In this document: one piece after another, positions 21,427-33,007 of the stretch | How the letters are laid out: every line of letters begins with the position of its first letter | Numbering within the stretch: position 1 is the first letter of the stretch | Program-made: the position numbers and the translations under genes | Assembly: GCA_025558095.1 (NCBI GenBank) | Contig: JAIVFI010000020.1 | Coordinates: forward strand, 248,001-312,000 | Source: Hyaloraphidium curvatum SAG 235-1 | Taxonomy: Eukaryota; Fungi; Monoblepharomycota | DNA length: 64,000 bases | Direction of reading: 5' to 3' | Notes under the pieces: model-generated | Databases searched by the model: none | What the model was told of the DNA's origin: nothing | What the model saw: only the letters and a program-made list of their open reading frames with translations

Positions 21427-23214
21427 ATGAACGTGGGGGTGAGCAAGAGCTCCAACGATGTGGGTGGACTCGGTGACTGTCTTTCCGAAGCTGAGGCCTC
21501 CACGCGCTTCCAGATCCTCTTCGTCAACTTCAACCAGGAGTTCAGGTTAACAAGCCTGTATTCAACAGCGGAGAGGGTTTTCTGACGCTCCCTCGCTCCT
21601 CCATGGTTGCATTCGTCTCCGCCCTCCCCGGCCGCCCCTTGCTATCTCTCCCCGCCGGCATCGTGCGCTCCGCTGCAGCTGCATCTCGGTCGGGACGCGG
21701 CATGGCTACAAGATCTACAACTGCGACCCGTTCGGGAAATGCTACGGGAAATGTGGGGTCTTCGGAGGCAAGGCTCCGCGACGGACCTGACGCGTGCCGA
21801 CCCCGGCGACCGGTAGCCGACGGCGGAATCGGGATCGTGGAGATGCTCTTCTGCACCAGTTTGGTCGCCATGGTCGGGGCGGGAGAGCAGCCGGCGTTCT
21901 CCCCGCGGAGGCTCCAGCTCACCAATACCAAGGTGCCTTGGAATCTTTCGGGAGCGCCTCGGGGGAGCTGTTCATTCTGACGCTCCGTCTCGGACTCAGC
22001 GACAATCTACCATCTGCGAGCTGACCTTTGTCACGGCGATCCTGGCGGTGAAGCTGAACCGGAAGCGGCTCATCGTCGTCCTTGAGGAGCACATCTACAT
22101 TTACGACATCAGCAACATGAAGCTGCTTCAGACGATCGACACGAACCCGAATCCTACTGGTGGGCTTGCTTAGTTTCTTCGTTCCGCGCTGTACTTACCG
22201 GTGCGGCAAGCCCTCTGTGCGCTATCCCCATCGTCCGAGAACTCGTACCTCGCCTACCCTTCCGACACCTCGGGCACCATCTCCTCCGCCTCCACGCAAG
22301 CCGGCCCGTCGGCGGCGGGCGAGCTCCTCATCTACGACACCCTGAACCTGCAGGCCGTCTCCATCATCCGCGCGCACAAGACCGCGCTCTCGGCCGTCGT
22401 CTTCAACTTCGACGGCACGATGGTGGCGACTTCGAGCGACAAGGGCACCGTGATCCGGGTGTTTTCCGTGCCGGGAGGCGAGAAGCTGCACCAGCTCCGG
22501 AGGGGCACCTACCCCGCGCGGATCTACTCGCTGGCCTTCAACATGCTGTCGACGTTCCTGGCCGTCAGCTCGGACACGGACACGGTGCACATCTTTTACC
22601 TGGGAAGACCGGGCGGGGCGGCGTACGAGGAGCGAGGCGAGGACGGGGCGCGGCCGAGCGGGCCGGGACCGTTGGGCGCGAGCGGACTGGGGAAGTGGAT
22701 GCCGAGCCAACTTGGAGGCCTCGTCGGGTATGCTCGGATCAGCGAACTGGCACGTGGATGGGTTCTCATTCCTCTCTTTGACAGAAAACGCGGATCGCAG
22801 CTCATCTCGTCGATAGCCGGCGCGGCCCAGCAGGTCCTGCCGAATTCAATCACCGAAGTCTGGGAGCCGAAACGCGACTTTGCCTACGCAAAACTGCCGC
22901 CGGGTGCCAAGGGCTTCCAGAACATTTGCGCAATGGGGCAGTGGGTAGCGTTCGGTTGCCGAAATCGGCAACGGTTCTCATCCACCCTCTTTCAGCCAAA
23001 ACCTCTCAGCCGGGATGAATCAACCGCATAGCATCATGGTCGTCACGGCGGACGGGTACTTTTACCAGTACAGCTTGGACCCGATGAACGGCGGCGAGTG
23101 CCAGCTGCAGAAGACCTACAGGTCGGTGCCCTGTGCCGGGATCATACGGCACGCCTAACCTGCGTCATTCGCAGTCTGATCGACCTGGAAGAGGATCCGC
23201 ACATGGCACGGTGA
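21427..23214 (+). CDS. ATG18: Autophagy-related WD40 PROPPIN
   Basis: [50 protein letters not shown] and RDFA motifs across multiple exons. Confidence 0.9.
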
Positions 23215-23416
23215 TCATGTGTTGGGTGGAAGGAAGTGCTTTCGACGAGCGACGTCCCTGGACGCTCCGAGATACCCGAGAACTCTGGCCGTGTTGTTCA
23301 TTATTTTTGACAATTGAACCGATGCTATAGTACACCGATCAAAGCCGTTGTGGAGCTCGGGAAGCCGAGCAAAGAGTCCGCAGTCCAGATGCCGGCGTCT
23401 CCGAAAGTACGCCGCC

Positions 23417-23944
23417 TCACGATGCCTTGGCGTGCGATTCGGCAGACACCCCGTGGGCATGCCTGTGCGTCGAGTCGTTCTTCACGACCGTCACGGGCAC
23501 CGCGAGGTGTTGCAGCAGGTACTCGCTAACCGAGCCCAGGATCCACTTCCGGATGCCCTGCAGGTTCCTCGAGCCAACGACCACCATGTCGCAGTCCGGA
23601 TGAGTGGTCGTCACGTAGGCCTCAATCACCGGGCCGACCTCGCCTTCCCCTTCGACCTCGATGAGCTCGTACGAGACGAGGCCCTCGTAGTCCGCGAGCT
23701 TCTCCTTGCACGCCTCGATTTCGCGCTCCGCCTTCGACTGAATCTCCAGGTTCGCCGCCTTGTCGAGGTGGTCCAAGTACGGCAGCGATTGCGGCGGGTT
23801 CAGGGCGACAATGTACACGAGCAGGAGTCTATATGGAAGCTTCAGGGAGCGCACGAGCTGGACGGCGTGGTCCAGGGAATGCCATGCCTCCGGAGTGTCA
23901 TTCAAAGGCACAAGGACCTTGTACGGCTTTGCCTGGTCCGCCAT
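23417..23944 (-). CDS. Universal stress protein (USP) family
   Basis: MVVVGSRNLQGIRKWILGSVSEYLLQHLAVPVTVVK. Confidence 0.85.
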   Translation of the reverse strand: MADQAKPYKVLVPLNDTPEAWHSLDHAVQLVRSLKLPYRLLLVYIVALNPPQSLPYLDHLDKAANLEIQSKAEREIEACKEKLADYEGLVSYELIEVEGEGEVGPVIEAYVTTTHPDCDMVVVGSRNLQGIRKWILGSVSEYLLQHLAVPVTVVKNDSTHRHAHGVSAESHAKAS

Positions 23945-24302
23945 CGTGTAAATGAACGCAGCGAGAGCCGCTGGAGCGGGAAGAAGAGGAGTGACTCAAG
24001 CGGGGCAAGGGATCAGTGCAGACGAGGTCTCCGCCTGCGCGAGTCGATCCGCCGTCGCGTTCTCAGGCACCCCATCCGTCGCCGCGCAGCCGTCCAGGTG
24101 GGCGGTTCTGCTGCGAGGATTGCGGCGACAGCGCGCTGACACGGAGTGCTCCCGCGATTCCCCGTCTCCGTCGACGCGCGTGCGGCGTCGCCCACGGACT
24201 TCGCATCTCCGCGGCAAACGCACCCGCCGGCCCCTCCCCGCCTTGCCGCCGGCTCCCGCGCGCCTCCCTGCGCTCTGCTTGTGTGTTTCTGCGCGGCGCA
24301 GG

Positions 24303-25807
24303 ATGCTCGCGGCGCCGGCGTCGTCGATGGCCCTGCGCAGGGCGGCCCCGGCAATGGCCCGCGCGATGGCGACGACCGCCCCGCAGAAGACCAGCTACGG
24401 CGGTGCGTGGCGCCGTGCTGGGGGAGCCCGATTGCCGCTTACCCCCAGCAGGCCTGTCGGACGACGACAGGATCTTCACAAACATCTACGGCCGGCACGA
24501 CTGGGGCCTCAAGGGCGCCATGCGCCGGGGCGATTGGTACAAGACCAAGGAGATCCTGCTCAAGGGGCGGGAGTGGATCGTCAACGAGATGAAGAACTCG
24601 GGCATGCGCGGGCGCGGCGGCGCCGGCTTCCCGACGGGCCTCAAGTGGTCGTTCATGAACAAGCCCCTGGACGGCCGGCCGCGCTACCTGGTCATCAACG
24701 CCGACGAGGGCGAGCCGCAGACCTGCAAGGACCGCGAGATCCTGCGCCACGAGCCCCACAAGCTCATCGAGGGCTGCGTCATCGCCGGCTTCTCCATGCA
24801 GGCCAACGCCGCCTACATCTACATCCGCGGCGAGTTCTACAACGAGGCCAGCAACCTGCAGGAGGCCATCAACGAGTGCTACAGGCACGGTCTCATCGGC
24901 AAGAACGCGTGCGGGTCCGGGTGGGACTTTGACGTCATCCTGCACCCCGGCGCCGGCGCCTACGTGTGCGGCGAGGAGACCGCGCTCATCGAGTCGCTCG
25001 AGGGCAAGGCCGGCAAACCCCGGCTCAAGCCCCCGTTCCCGGCCGACGTCGGCGTGTTCGGCTGCCCCACCACGGTCAACAACGTGGAGACGGTCGCGGC
25101 CGCGCCGACCATCATGCGGCGGGGCGCCGACTGGTTCGCGTCGTTCGGGCGCGAGCGCAACCGGGGCACCAAGCTCTTTGCCATCTCGGGCCACGTGAAC
25201 GAGCCCTGCGTCGTGGAGGAGGAGATGTCGATCCCGCTCAAGGAGCTCATCGAGCGGCACGCCGGCGGCGTGCGCGGGGGCTGGGACAACCTCCTCGCCG
25301 TCATCCCCGGCGGGTCCTCCGTGCCGGTTCTGACTGCGCAGCAGGCTAGCACGGTGAGTTGTGTCGCGTTGCCCATCCTCGAAGACGACGCTGACGCCGC
25401 CGTAGGCGCTCATGGACTACGAGTCGCTCATCGACAACAAGTCGGGCCTGGGCACCGCCGCCGTCCTCGTCATGGACAAGTCCACCGACCTCGTCAAGTG
25501 CATCGCGCGCTACGCCGAGTTCTACAAGCACGAGAGCTGCGGGCAGTGCACCCCCTGCCGCGAGGGCACCACGTGGCTCGCGCACATGATGCGCCGCTTC
25601 GAAAAGGGCGACGCCAAGCTCGCCGAGATCGACCAGATGATCGAAATCAGCAAGCAGATCGAGGGGCACACCATCTGCGCGCTGGGCGACGCCGCGGCGT
25701 GGCCGGTGCAGGGCCTGGTGCGCAACTTCCGGCCGCTGCTGGAGGAGAGGATCGCGGGCTTCCAGGCGAAGAAGGCGGCGGGCAAGGCGGCCGAGGCGCA
25801 TGCGTAG
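24303..25807 (+). CDS. NDUFV1: NADH:ubiquinone oxidoreductase 51-kDa FMN subunit
   Basis: [50 protein letters not shown] and [14 protein letters not shown]. Confidence 0.97.
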
Positions 25808-26026
25808 AGGCGGCACGCGGGTGTACAAACGAGGGTAGACGATGATTCGTTCGTTACAGCTCAATCTCGCGTTGCAGAGTCCGCGTGTGCGTATACTATA
25901 GCCGCAGTCCCCCACGGCGTTTTTGAGACGGCGAGTCTCACGGGTCGTTGAGACTTGAGAGCAGGAACCGTCCTCAACAACGCGTTTCGTGTGCTGCGAA
26001 CGACGCTTTGCAGCTGCTTCCCCGCG

Positions 26027-27085
26027 ATGTCCGGCGGGGAACCACCCACCACGGTCCTCGTCACCGGAGGCGTCCTCCTGGACATCTTCCTCGGTCTGCC
26101 TCCCGCGGGCCTTCCCCCTCCCGGCGGCGCCGCCCTCGTCTCCACCATCCTCCCCGCCGCGGGTGGCTGCGCTGCCAACACCGCCTCGTGCCTCGCGCTC
26201 CTGCTCTCCTCCAGCTCGTCCCCCTTGCGCGTCCACGCGTGGGCGCGGAATGCAAAGGGCGGCGCGGGCGCGGTGGTCCGCGCCGAATTGGATTCGAACG
26301 GCGTGGATGCCGAAAAGCACTGGATCGACGATCCTCGGTGGCCGGTCAAGACGGCCGCGGTGCTGCTTTCCCCGGGAGGCGACCGGTCCTTCCTCAAGAC
26401 GGCCGGGATGGGCAACGCGATCTGCCGCGCGGATTTCGACGCCGTTGACTGGACCCGCGTGCGGCACCTGCACGTGGGCGGCAACCTCTCCCTGCGCAAC
26501 GTCTCCGGCGCCGACCTGGCGGAAGGCATCGGCGCCGCGCGGGCGGCCAACCCGCTGCTGACCGTCAGCCTGGACACGGTGGCGAGCTCGGATCCGGCCA
26601 GGTGGTGCGAGGTGCTGCCGTCTTTGCCCTTCGTGGACTGCTTTCTGCCCAGCCTGGACGAGGCGAGGGCGATCACGGGTGCGAAGGAGGGGGCGACGAG
26701 GGATCCGACGGAGGAGGAGTGCGTGTGGGAGCCGGGGGACGTGGCGAGGTGGTTCCATGCCAGGGGCTCCAAAGTGGTCTGCATCAAGATGGGAGCGGAG
26801 GGGGCGCTGCTGAGCGAAGCCCCGGACGGGGACGAGCCGAAGCAGGTCCGGATCCCTGCTCATCCCGTGGAGAGCGTCGTGGACACGACCGGGGCGGGCG
26901 ACGCCTTCTGTGCGGGGTTCATCCACGGTCTTTTGCACGGCCGGACTTTGGAGAATTGCACCGTGCTGGGCACACTGTGCGGGGCTGCGGCGGTTGGGGC
27001 GCTGGGGAGCACAAACGGCGTTAAGGACTGGACGGGCACGGAGGACGCGATCGCCGCCCTGCGCGGAATAAATCCATTAACTTGA
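26027..27085 (+). CDS. PfkB/ribokinase-family carbohydrate kinase
   Basis: GGCAANTA and VDTTGAGDAFCAGF. Confidence 0.9.
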   Translation: MSGGEPPTTVLVTGGVLLDIFLGLPPAGLPPPGGAALVSTILPAAGGCAANTASCLALLLSSSSSPLRVHAWARNAKGGAGAVVRAELDSNGVDAEKHWIDDPRWPVKTAAVLLSPGGDRSFLKTAGMGNAICRADFDAVDWTRVRHLHVGGNLSLRNVSGADLAEGIGAARAANPLLTVSLDTVASSDPARWCEVLPSLPFVDCFLPSLDEARAITGAKEGATRDPTEEECVWEPGDVARWFHARGSKVVCIKMGAEGALLSEAPDGDEPKQVRIPAHPVESVVDTTGAGDAFCAGFIHGLLHGRTLENCTVLGTLCGAAAVGALGSTNGVKDWTGTEDAIAALRGINPLT

Positions 27086-27174
27086 ACCGTCTGACATCCG
27101 TCCGCCTGTCCACTTTTGCCGTCCGCCCTGGCCGAATCCAGCACCAGCGATTCCAACCTCCAGGGAACAACCCA

Positions 27175-28362
27175 TCACTTGTCCTTTTTCGAGTCGCCCG
27201 ATTTCGACCCGCCCCGCTCCTTCAGCGAGTCCAGGCTGTCCTTCACGCCGTTCCTCCATCCGACCTTGGGTTGGAAGCCCAGCTCGCGCTTGGCGCGGTT
27301 GCTGGGAATGTCCCCGTCCACGAGCTCGCGGTGCATGCGCCTGCTCGTCAGCCAAGGCGCCTCGGCGTACCACCCCATCATGCGGTACAGCATCTCGAAG
27401 ATCCAGACGAGATAGTAGACGAGGAAGCCCGGGAGCGGCAGCGTCGGCGGCTCCTCGCCGATGCCCTTGGCCACGGTGGAGTAGAGGTCCTTCCAGGTGA
27501 GCTCCGTGTCGTCCCCGCACACGTTGTACACCTGGCCCTCGGCGTGCGGCGCGGCGGCGGCGAGCAGCACGGCGTCTGCGGCGTCGTCGGCGTGCAGCAA
27601 CCCGGGGTTCTTTGTGCCCCCGTCGATCACGAAGGCCCAGCCGCGGCGGATGCGGCGCGCGCACTCGGCGACCTCGCCGCCGCCGGGGCCGTAGACGGCG
27701 CCCAGGCGCAGCACGGTCAGCGGCAGCTTCAGCTCCATGAACTTTGCGGCCGCCAGCTCGGCGATGGTCTTTGAGTAGGCGTAGGGGATGCCGACGTCGT
27801 GCGGCAGCACGCCCTCCGTGGGCGGGTTGACGCGGTAGCCGTACACCTCGCCGGACGACAGGTGCACGAGCCGCCTGAGGCGGCCGCGGTCGCGCCAGCC
27901 CGATGCCAGGCGGAAGACGGCGCGCGCGACGTCCGCGTTGTCCTCGAGGAAGTCCGCGTCGCGCGCCCAGTCCGCTGCGCGCTCGTGCGCGTTGACTGCG
28001 AAGTCGACGTCGGGCGGCAGGCCGTCGAGCCGCGTGATCTGCGAGTGCACGTTGAATCGGTGCACTTTGGCGCGCGGGTCCGACGGCAGCCCGTCGAGGG
28101 CGGCGTCGGCCGGCGCGAGCACGTGCAGCTCCGCGACGTCCAGCGCGAGCAGCTTCGCCCACAGCGCGCGCGCGGCGGGCCCCGCGCCCGCAACGAGCAC
28201 GACCGCGCCGCGGAACGCGTCCGCCACAGACGGCACCGCAGACGGCGTCTCGAACGGGCCGAGCGCATCGAACGCCCGCTTCACAGCCGCGCGGTAGTCG
28301 CCGGACGAGCCGTTGCCGCTGCCGCCGAGCGCGCCGAGATCCTGCGGCAGGAGGAACGCCAT
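27175..28362 (-). CDS. NAD-dependent epimerase / 3-beta-HSD-like extended SDR
   Basis: LVHLSSGEVYG, YAYSKTIAE, LRLGAVYGPG, ADDAADA and RAKRELGFQP. Confidence 0.8.
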   Translation of the reverse strand: MAFLLPQDLGALGGSGNGSSGDYRAAVKRAFDALGPFETPSAVPSVADAFRGAVVLVAGAGPAARALWAKLLALDVAELHVLAPADAALDGLPSDPRAKVHRFNVHSQITRLDGLPPDVDFAVNAHERAADWARDADFLEDNADVARAVFRLASGWRDRGRLRRLVHLSSGEVYGYRVNPPTEGVLPHDVGIPYAYSKTIAELAAAKFMELKLPLTVLRLGAVYGPGGGEVAECARRIRRGWAFVIDGGTKNPGLLHADDAADAVLLAAAAPHAEGQVYNVCGDDTELTWKDLYSTVAKGIGEEPPTLPLPGFLVYYLVWIFEMLYRMMGWYAEAPWLTSRRMHRELVDGDIPSNRAKRELGFQPKVGWRNGVKDSLDSLKERGGSKSGDSKKDK

Positions 28363-28554
28363 CCCGCGAAATGGGGGACGAGGAGAGGCGGACGTGACGC
28401 GGCTGACCGATCGGCGGTGGTGAACAGCATCGATCAAAAAGAACAAGAAGGCCTAATGGCAGTTCCAGAGAGAGATTCCTTCCAAGAATCAAGACGTCCA
28501 AGATCCAAGCACATCCAGCGCAGCCATGAGAGAGCATGAGCGGTATCTCCGCCA

Positions 28555-29847
28555 TCACTGCCAAACATTCCTCGCCGCAGGGTCCTCGGCCCTGTTCGGT
28601 ATCATGGGCTTGTCCCTATCAATTCCGTACAGGTCGATGGCATCCTGGACGGCCGCGGTTAGCTCAGCGAAGCCAGATCGGAAACCGAACCCAACCTCCC
28701 ACATGTCCTGAGTCAGATTGACGAGAAGCTGACGATTGCCTTGCTTCGCCTGGTTATCGTCGGCCCGGTACCCTTCTTCGAGCTCGTGGTAGGTTTCTGC
28801 ACCGGCGTCCATGAGCCCGTCGCAAACACATGACCGACCGAACCCACCGATGTAGAGAAGGCCGTCCTCTTCCTTCACGAAGCACCTGACCCGGTTGTCG
28901 CGGACCAGAAAGGACACGTAGAATAGGTTCTCGACCGTCTGGCCGAACCCGCGCACGGGATCGGCGTTGGCGATGAACCTGATGAGGTCGACCGGCCCCC
29001 CCGCACGGTCCAGGCTCTTGTACACCTCCCGCACCAGCTTGGTGGTCTCCTGTGTCGCCTGCTCTGCTCTTTCCTGGTCGGTCAGCTTTGGAGTATAGCG
29101 CTCTCGGTCGGTGATCGGCCAAAGACAAAGTGCGCAACTTTTGCTCACCTCCTTGACCACGACGGCCTCCTCCTTCTTCTTGCGCTCCGCCGGCTTCCTC
29201 TTCTTCCGTTCTCTGGGCTCGAACTGCAGCGTCCCGAGCCTGAAATGGCCGCCGCGTAAGACAGCTGTCAGCTCCTTTTTCCAGCCGACTACGCCTGCAA
29301 CCCACATAAAACCGGTTGTCGGAGGTCGTCTGCAGAACCCAAACGCGAGCCGGCCCGCGCCGACCCATCCCGCACTCGCATTCCCGGCGCCCCACCCCTC
29401 GAGCTTCGCCCCGACGTGCCGCACGAACTCGTCCACGTTCAGAGAGACGTGCTGCCTCGCCAGCTTATCCGCCCGCTCCGCACCGATGTCCGCGACCATC
29501 TTGAGCGCCTTGGCGTCCAGGACGGCCTCCTGCGGCCTGTGGACTGGGAAGGCCGCCGCCGTCAGGTCCAGCTCCCTGTTGAGAGGGCCACCCCCCGGCG
29601 AAATGCCGACCTTCCTCGAAGAGCACATTCAGCTTCCGCACTTTCGGAGTCAGGCTTTTACCGTCGGCCCTGGACAGCTCCTCCTTGTCGGCTTTGGTGG
29701 CACCGTCAGCAAGGAAGAGCGCGGGGGGCAGAGACGCGCACCGTCGAGCTCCGAGATTTCGGCGCGGTAGGCGCCCCGGATCCGCCGGAGCGTGGCTTCA
29801 TCCTGCACGGGAAAGTCGACAGGCTCGTCGTCGTCGGACTCAGACAT
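28555..29847 (-). CDS. NSE4: Smc5/6 complex kleisin subunit Nse4; multi-exon
   Basis: EAVLDAKAL and FGQTVENLFYVSFLVRD (Nse4 C-terminal domain). Confidence 0.8.
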
Positions 29848-30043
29848 CGCCAGACTCAGAACGGAGATTCCGCACTCAAGTTCGTGTCCGCGCGAGTCCG
29901 CGCGATCACTCCCTTGGTCGATCGTCCGCGAGACATCTATAGTTCTGCTGCCTTCTCCCGGCTCTCGGTCTCTCCACGCGTCGCCACTCCTCCGTGTACC
30001 GGCTCTCCCCGCGCCCCACGCGATTCGCCCGTTCCCCGCCGCA

Positions 30044-30683
30044 ATGGCCGCCCCCGAGGTCGGCGAACCCCTGGCCCACCCCCGGCGTCCCTCACGCCCC
30101 CGCGCAGCCCAAGGGCTTCTCGCCGCAGGAGGTCGACGAGATCATCAAGGAGGTGCCGATCCCCGCGCTCCCCGGCCCGGCGGGCCAGGCTGACCCCCGG
30201 TCGCGCGGTCCCCCGCAAGGCCGTCGAGGCGACCATCCAGAACGCGCAGTACAACTACTCCAAGGTCGCGCAGTGGAATTCGAACATTGTGGAGCAGACG
30301 CTGAAGCGGCTGGCGGGCCTGAACAGGCCATACAAATACGTCGGTGGGTTCGCTCGAGTTCTTGTCGGCTTCGACCACTTCGCTGACAGAGACACACTCA
30401 CGGTGACCCACAGTGACGTGCTTGATAATGCAGCGCAACGGAGCGGGTCTGCATTGCGCGTCGTCGTGTTTCTGGGATAACTCGACGGACGGTGGGGGGG
30501 TCTTGCCGCACCATGTCACCTTCTCTGACGACCTCCGTACTTCATGGCTCATCCGCGCCCTGATCACGGCGGATCTCGGAATCTCCTTTTCCTTGGTGTT
30601 GTTGCCGGACAGGCTCGACCACGTATCGATGGGAAAACAAGTCGATGCACGTGATCGTTCACGTTTTCGGCCTCGCCATCTGA
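30044..30683 (+). CDS. DYNLT1: Dynein light chain Tctex-1; five exons
   Basis: [15 protein letters not shown]...PYKYV|[26 protein letters not shown]|[20 protein letters not shown]. Confidence 0.92.
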
Positions 30684-30808
30684 TGGGACGGCGACTACGG
30701 ACTCTTGGAGCGCGTACGATACGCATACTCATTCTCTTTCATATCCTATGTCTTTCCAATACCCTTGTACAAGCTACGATCCCCGAATGCGGGGTAATGG
30801 ATCTGCCC

Positions 30809-32876
30809 TCAGAGCTTGGCCGTCGCCGGCATCTTCTTCATCGCCTGCTTGATCCCCAGTGTTGCCTTTGGTGAAGGGAGGAAGAGGGTCAGCGGAGTGC
30901 ATTAACGCGCGGCGGGCCCTGCCCACCATGATTTCCTCGCTGCCGCCGTAGACCGCCGAGTGCTTGGCGGCCGAAAAGAAGGCGCGGATCACCCGCCCCA
31001 TGCCGTTCTTGGTGATCGCCCGCCCGCCAAAGATCTGCACCGCGTGGTCGGCGACGAGGTAGCCCGTCCGGGTCACCTTGTGCTTGGCGATCGCGATCGG
31101 CCCCGCCAGGTGCTCGCTCATCCCCGCGTAGTCCATGGCGTTCATCTGCCACGTGAGCTGCTCGATGAGCGCGTGGTCCGCCTCGATATTGCCGACCATC
31201 TCGGCGAGCTTCGTCTGGATCACGGGCTGCTCCACCAGGGGGCGGCCAAAGACCTTGCGGTTCGCAGCCCACTTGAAGCACTCCTCCAGGACCACGCGGC
31301 ACATCCGGTGGTGGTTGATGAGGATGGCCCAGCGCTCGTGGTTGAAGTTGGAGAGCACCACCTTCATGCCTTCGTTCACTTTGCCGAGCACGTTCTCGAC
31401 GGGCACCTTGACGTTCTCATAGGTCACGTAGGTGGTGCCGGCCGAAGTGCCGTACGACGTGTGCATGATCTTGGTGTCGAGGCCCTCTTGGCGCTCGATG
31501 AGCATCATGGTCAGGCCCTTGTCCGTCCGGACCGCGGTCGAGAAGTAGTCGGCGCGGACGCCGTTGGTAATCCACTTCCTGGAAGCGAGACCGTTGTCAA
31601 CGGGGGTGTCTGGCGGTCATCCGCGGCCAACCCACTTGTGCCCGTTCACGATGTAGTGCTTCCCGTCCTCAGTCAACCGTGCCGTGGTTTGCACGCCCGC
31701 GACGTCCGACCCCGCCGTCGCCTCTGTTGCGAAAGGATTAGCACGAGTGGCCACAATCCAGGGCCGAGGTGCTGAACCAGCCTGTGATCGCCAAACAGAT
31801 GTTCTTCTGCCCCGAAAGCACCTCCTTCATCACCCGGCGAGCCAATTCCGGCGATCCGAAGTTGAAGGTCGGGGGTAGGCCGATCAAGATGCCCGTTCCC
31901 AAAGCATCGAAAAAGCCGGGAGCCCCAGTGCGCGATAGTTCTTCCGCAACGATCTTCTCGTGGAAGTAGTCCAGCTCGTCCGGCTTGATCCCGCACGGAA
32001 GCTTGAAGCCCAGCTCCGCCGCCATGTGCTGGTGTTTCCCGGGTCCCAGGCGGACCAGAAAGATGCCGGCATCGGCGCAGCGCTTCCACAGCTCAGGTGT
32101 AGGACCCTTCGGGTCGTCGTCGCGCTCGATGGCCTCCGGGGTCACGTAGAGCTCGACAAACTCGCGCATGAAGCAGCGAAGGGCGCGGTGCGAGTCCTTG
32201 TAGTACGGCGAAGGGAAGAAGCCCTCCCGCTCGTCCATGGTCTCGGCGTAGGGGACCTTGCTCCACTCGAGCTTGGTCACGCGCCGCGGCGGAATCTTGG
32301 GCAGCTCGTTGGCAACCTGCCCCACAATCAGCCTCGGCCCGAACTTCTCCAGGACCTCGCTGCGATGCAGCCCGTAGAACTGCTCCGTGGCATCCTTGCC
32401 CGCGAGCTGCTGGATCGCGTGGGCGCCACCGGGGTGCTGCGGAATAGTGAGTAAGCGGAGAGCGGAAAACGATCGGGGAATAGGCGGGGGGCCAAAGGCC
32501 CAGTACAGAGCCGAAAATGGTGACCGCATTGTGCAGAGCATGCAGGAAACCTCCTTGAGCAGGCGGGTCTCCCGCGCTCGCCGCCCCGGTACCCGTCACC
32601 CCGCCTGGGACTGAAGACGCCACTGGAACCCACCAAATCCGCGAAGGTGGTGACATCGTAGATGAACGAGTCGATCGTGATCCCTGCAGGAAGTGCAGCA
32701 CCGACGCGCGCAGACGAAATCAGTTCCCCGGTGTGCCGGGAGACGGGTTCGGGGGACGCACAGGTCGAGGACGGAGTGTTGTGCTGCGCGACCTCGGAGC
32801 GCGCGTACACCTTGAGCGCCGCGAGCTTCGCAGGCGGGACTTCAAAGGGCAGCTGGTCGGCCACAACGAGCGCCAT
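30809..32876 (-). CDS. Cytochrome b5 domain + acyl-CoA dehydrogenase fusion
   Basis: [10 protein letters not shown]|HPGG...AGKDATEQF (cytochrome b5 domain); [22 protein letters not shown] and YGGSEEIM (ACAD). Confidence 0.88.
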
Positions 32877-33007
32877 TGCTTCGTTCGTTGGAGGTGCGGA
32901 ACTTCGCGCGGATTTGTCGTCGTCACGAGCTTGAGGGTACGATCGGTCCTTGAAAGACCCCGATCGATAGTACGCGAAAATCTGCGGTCAAACAACCAAC
33001 GTTGAAA

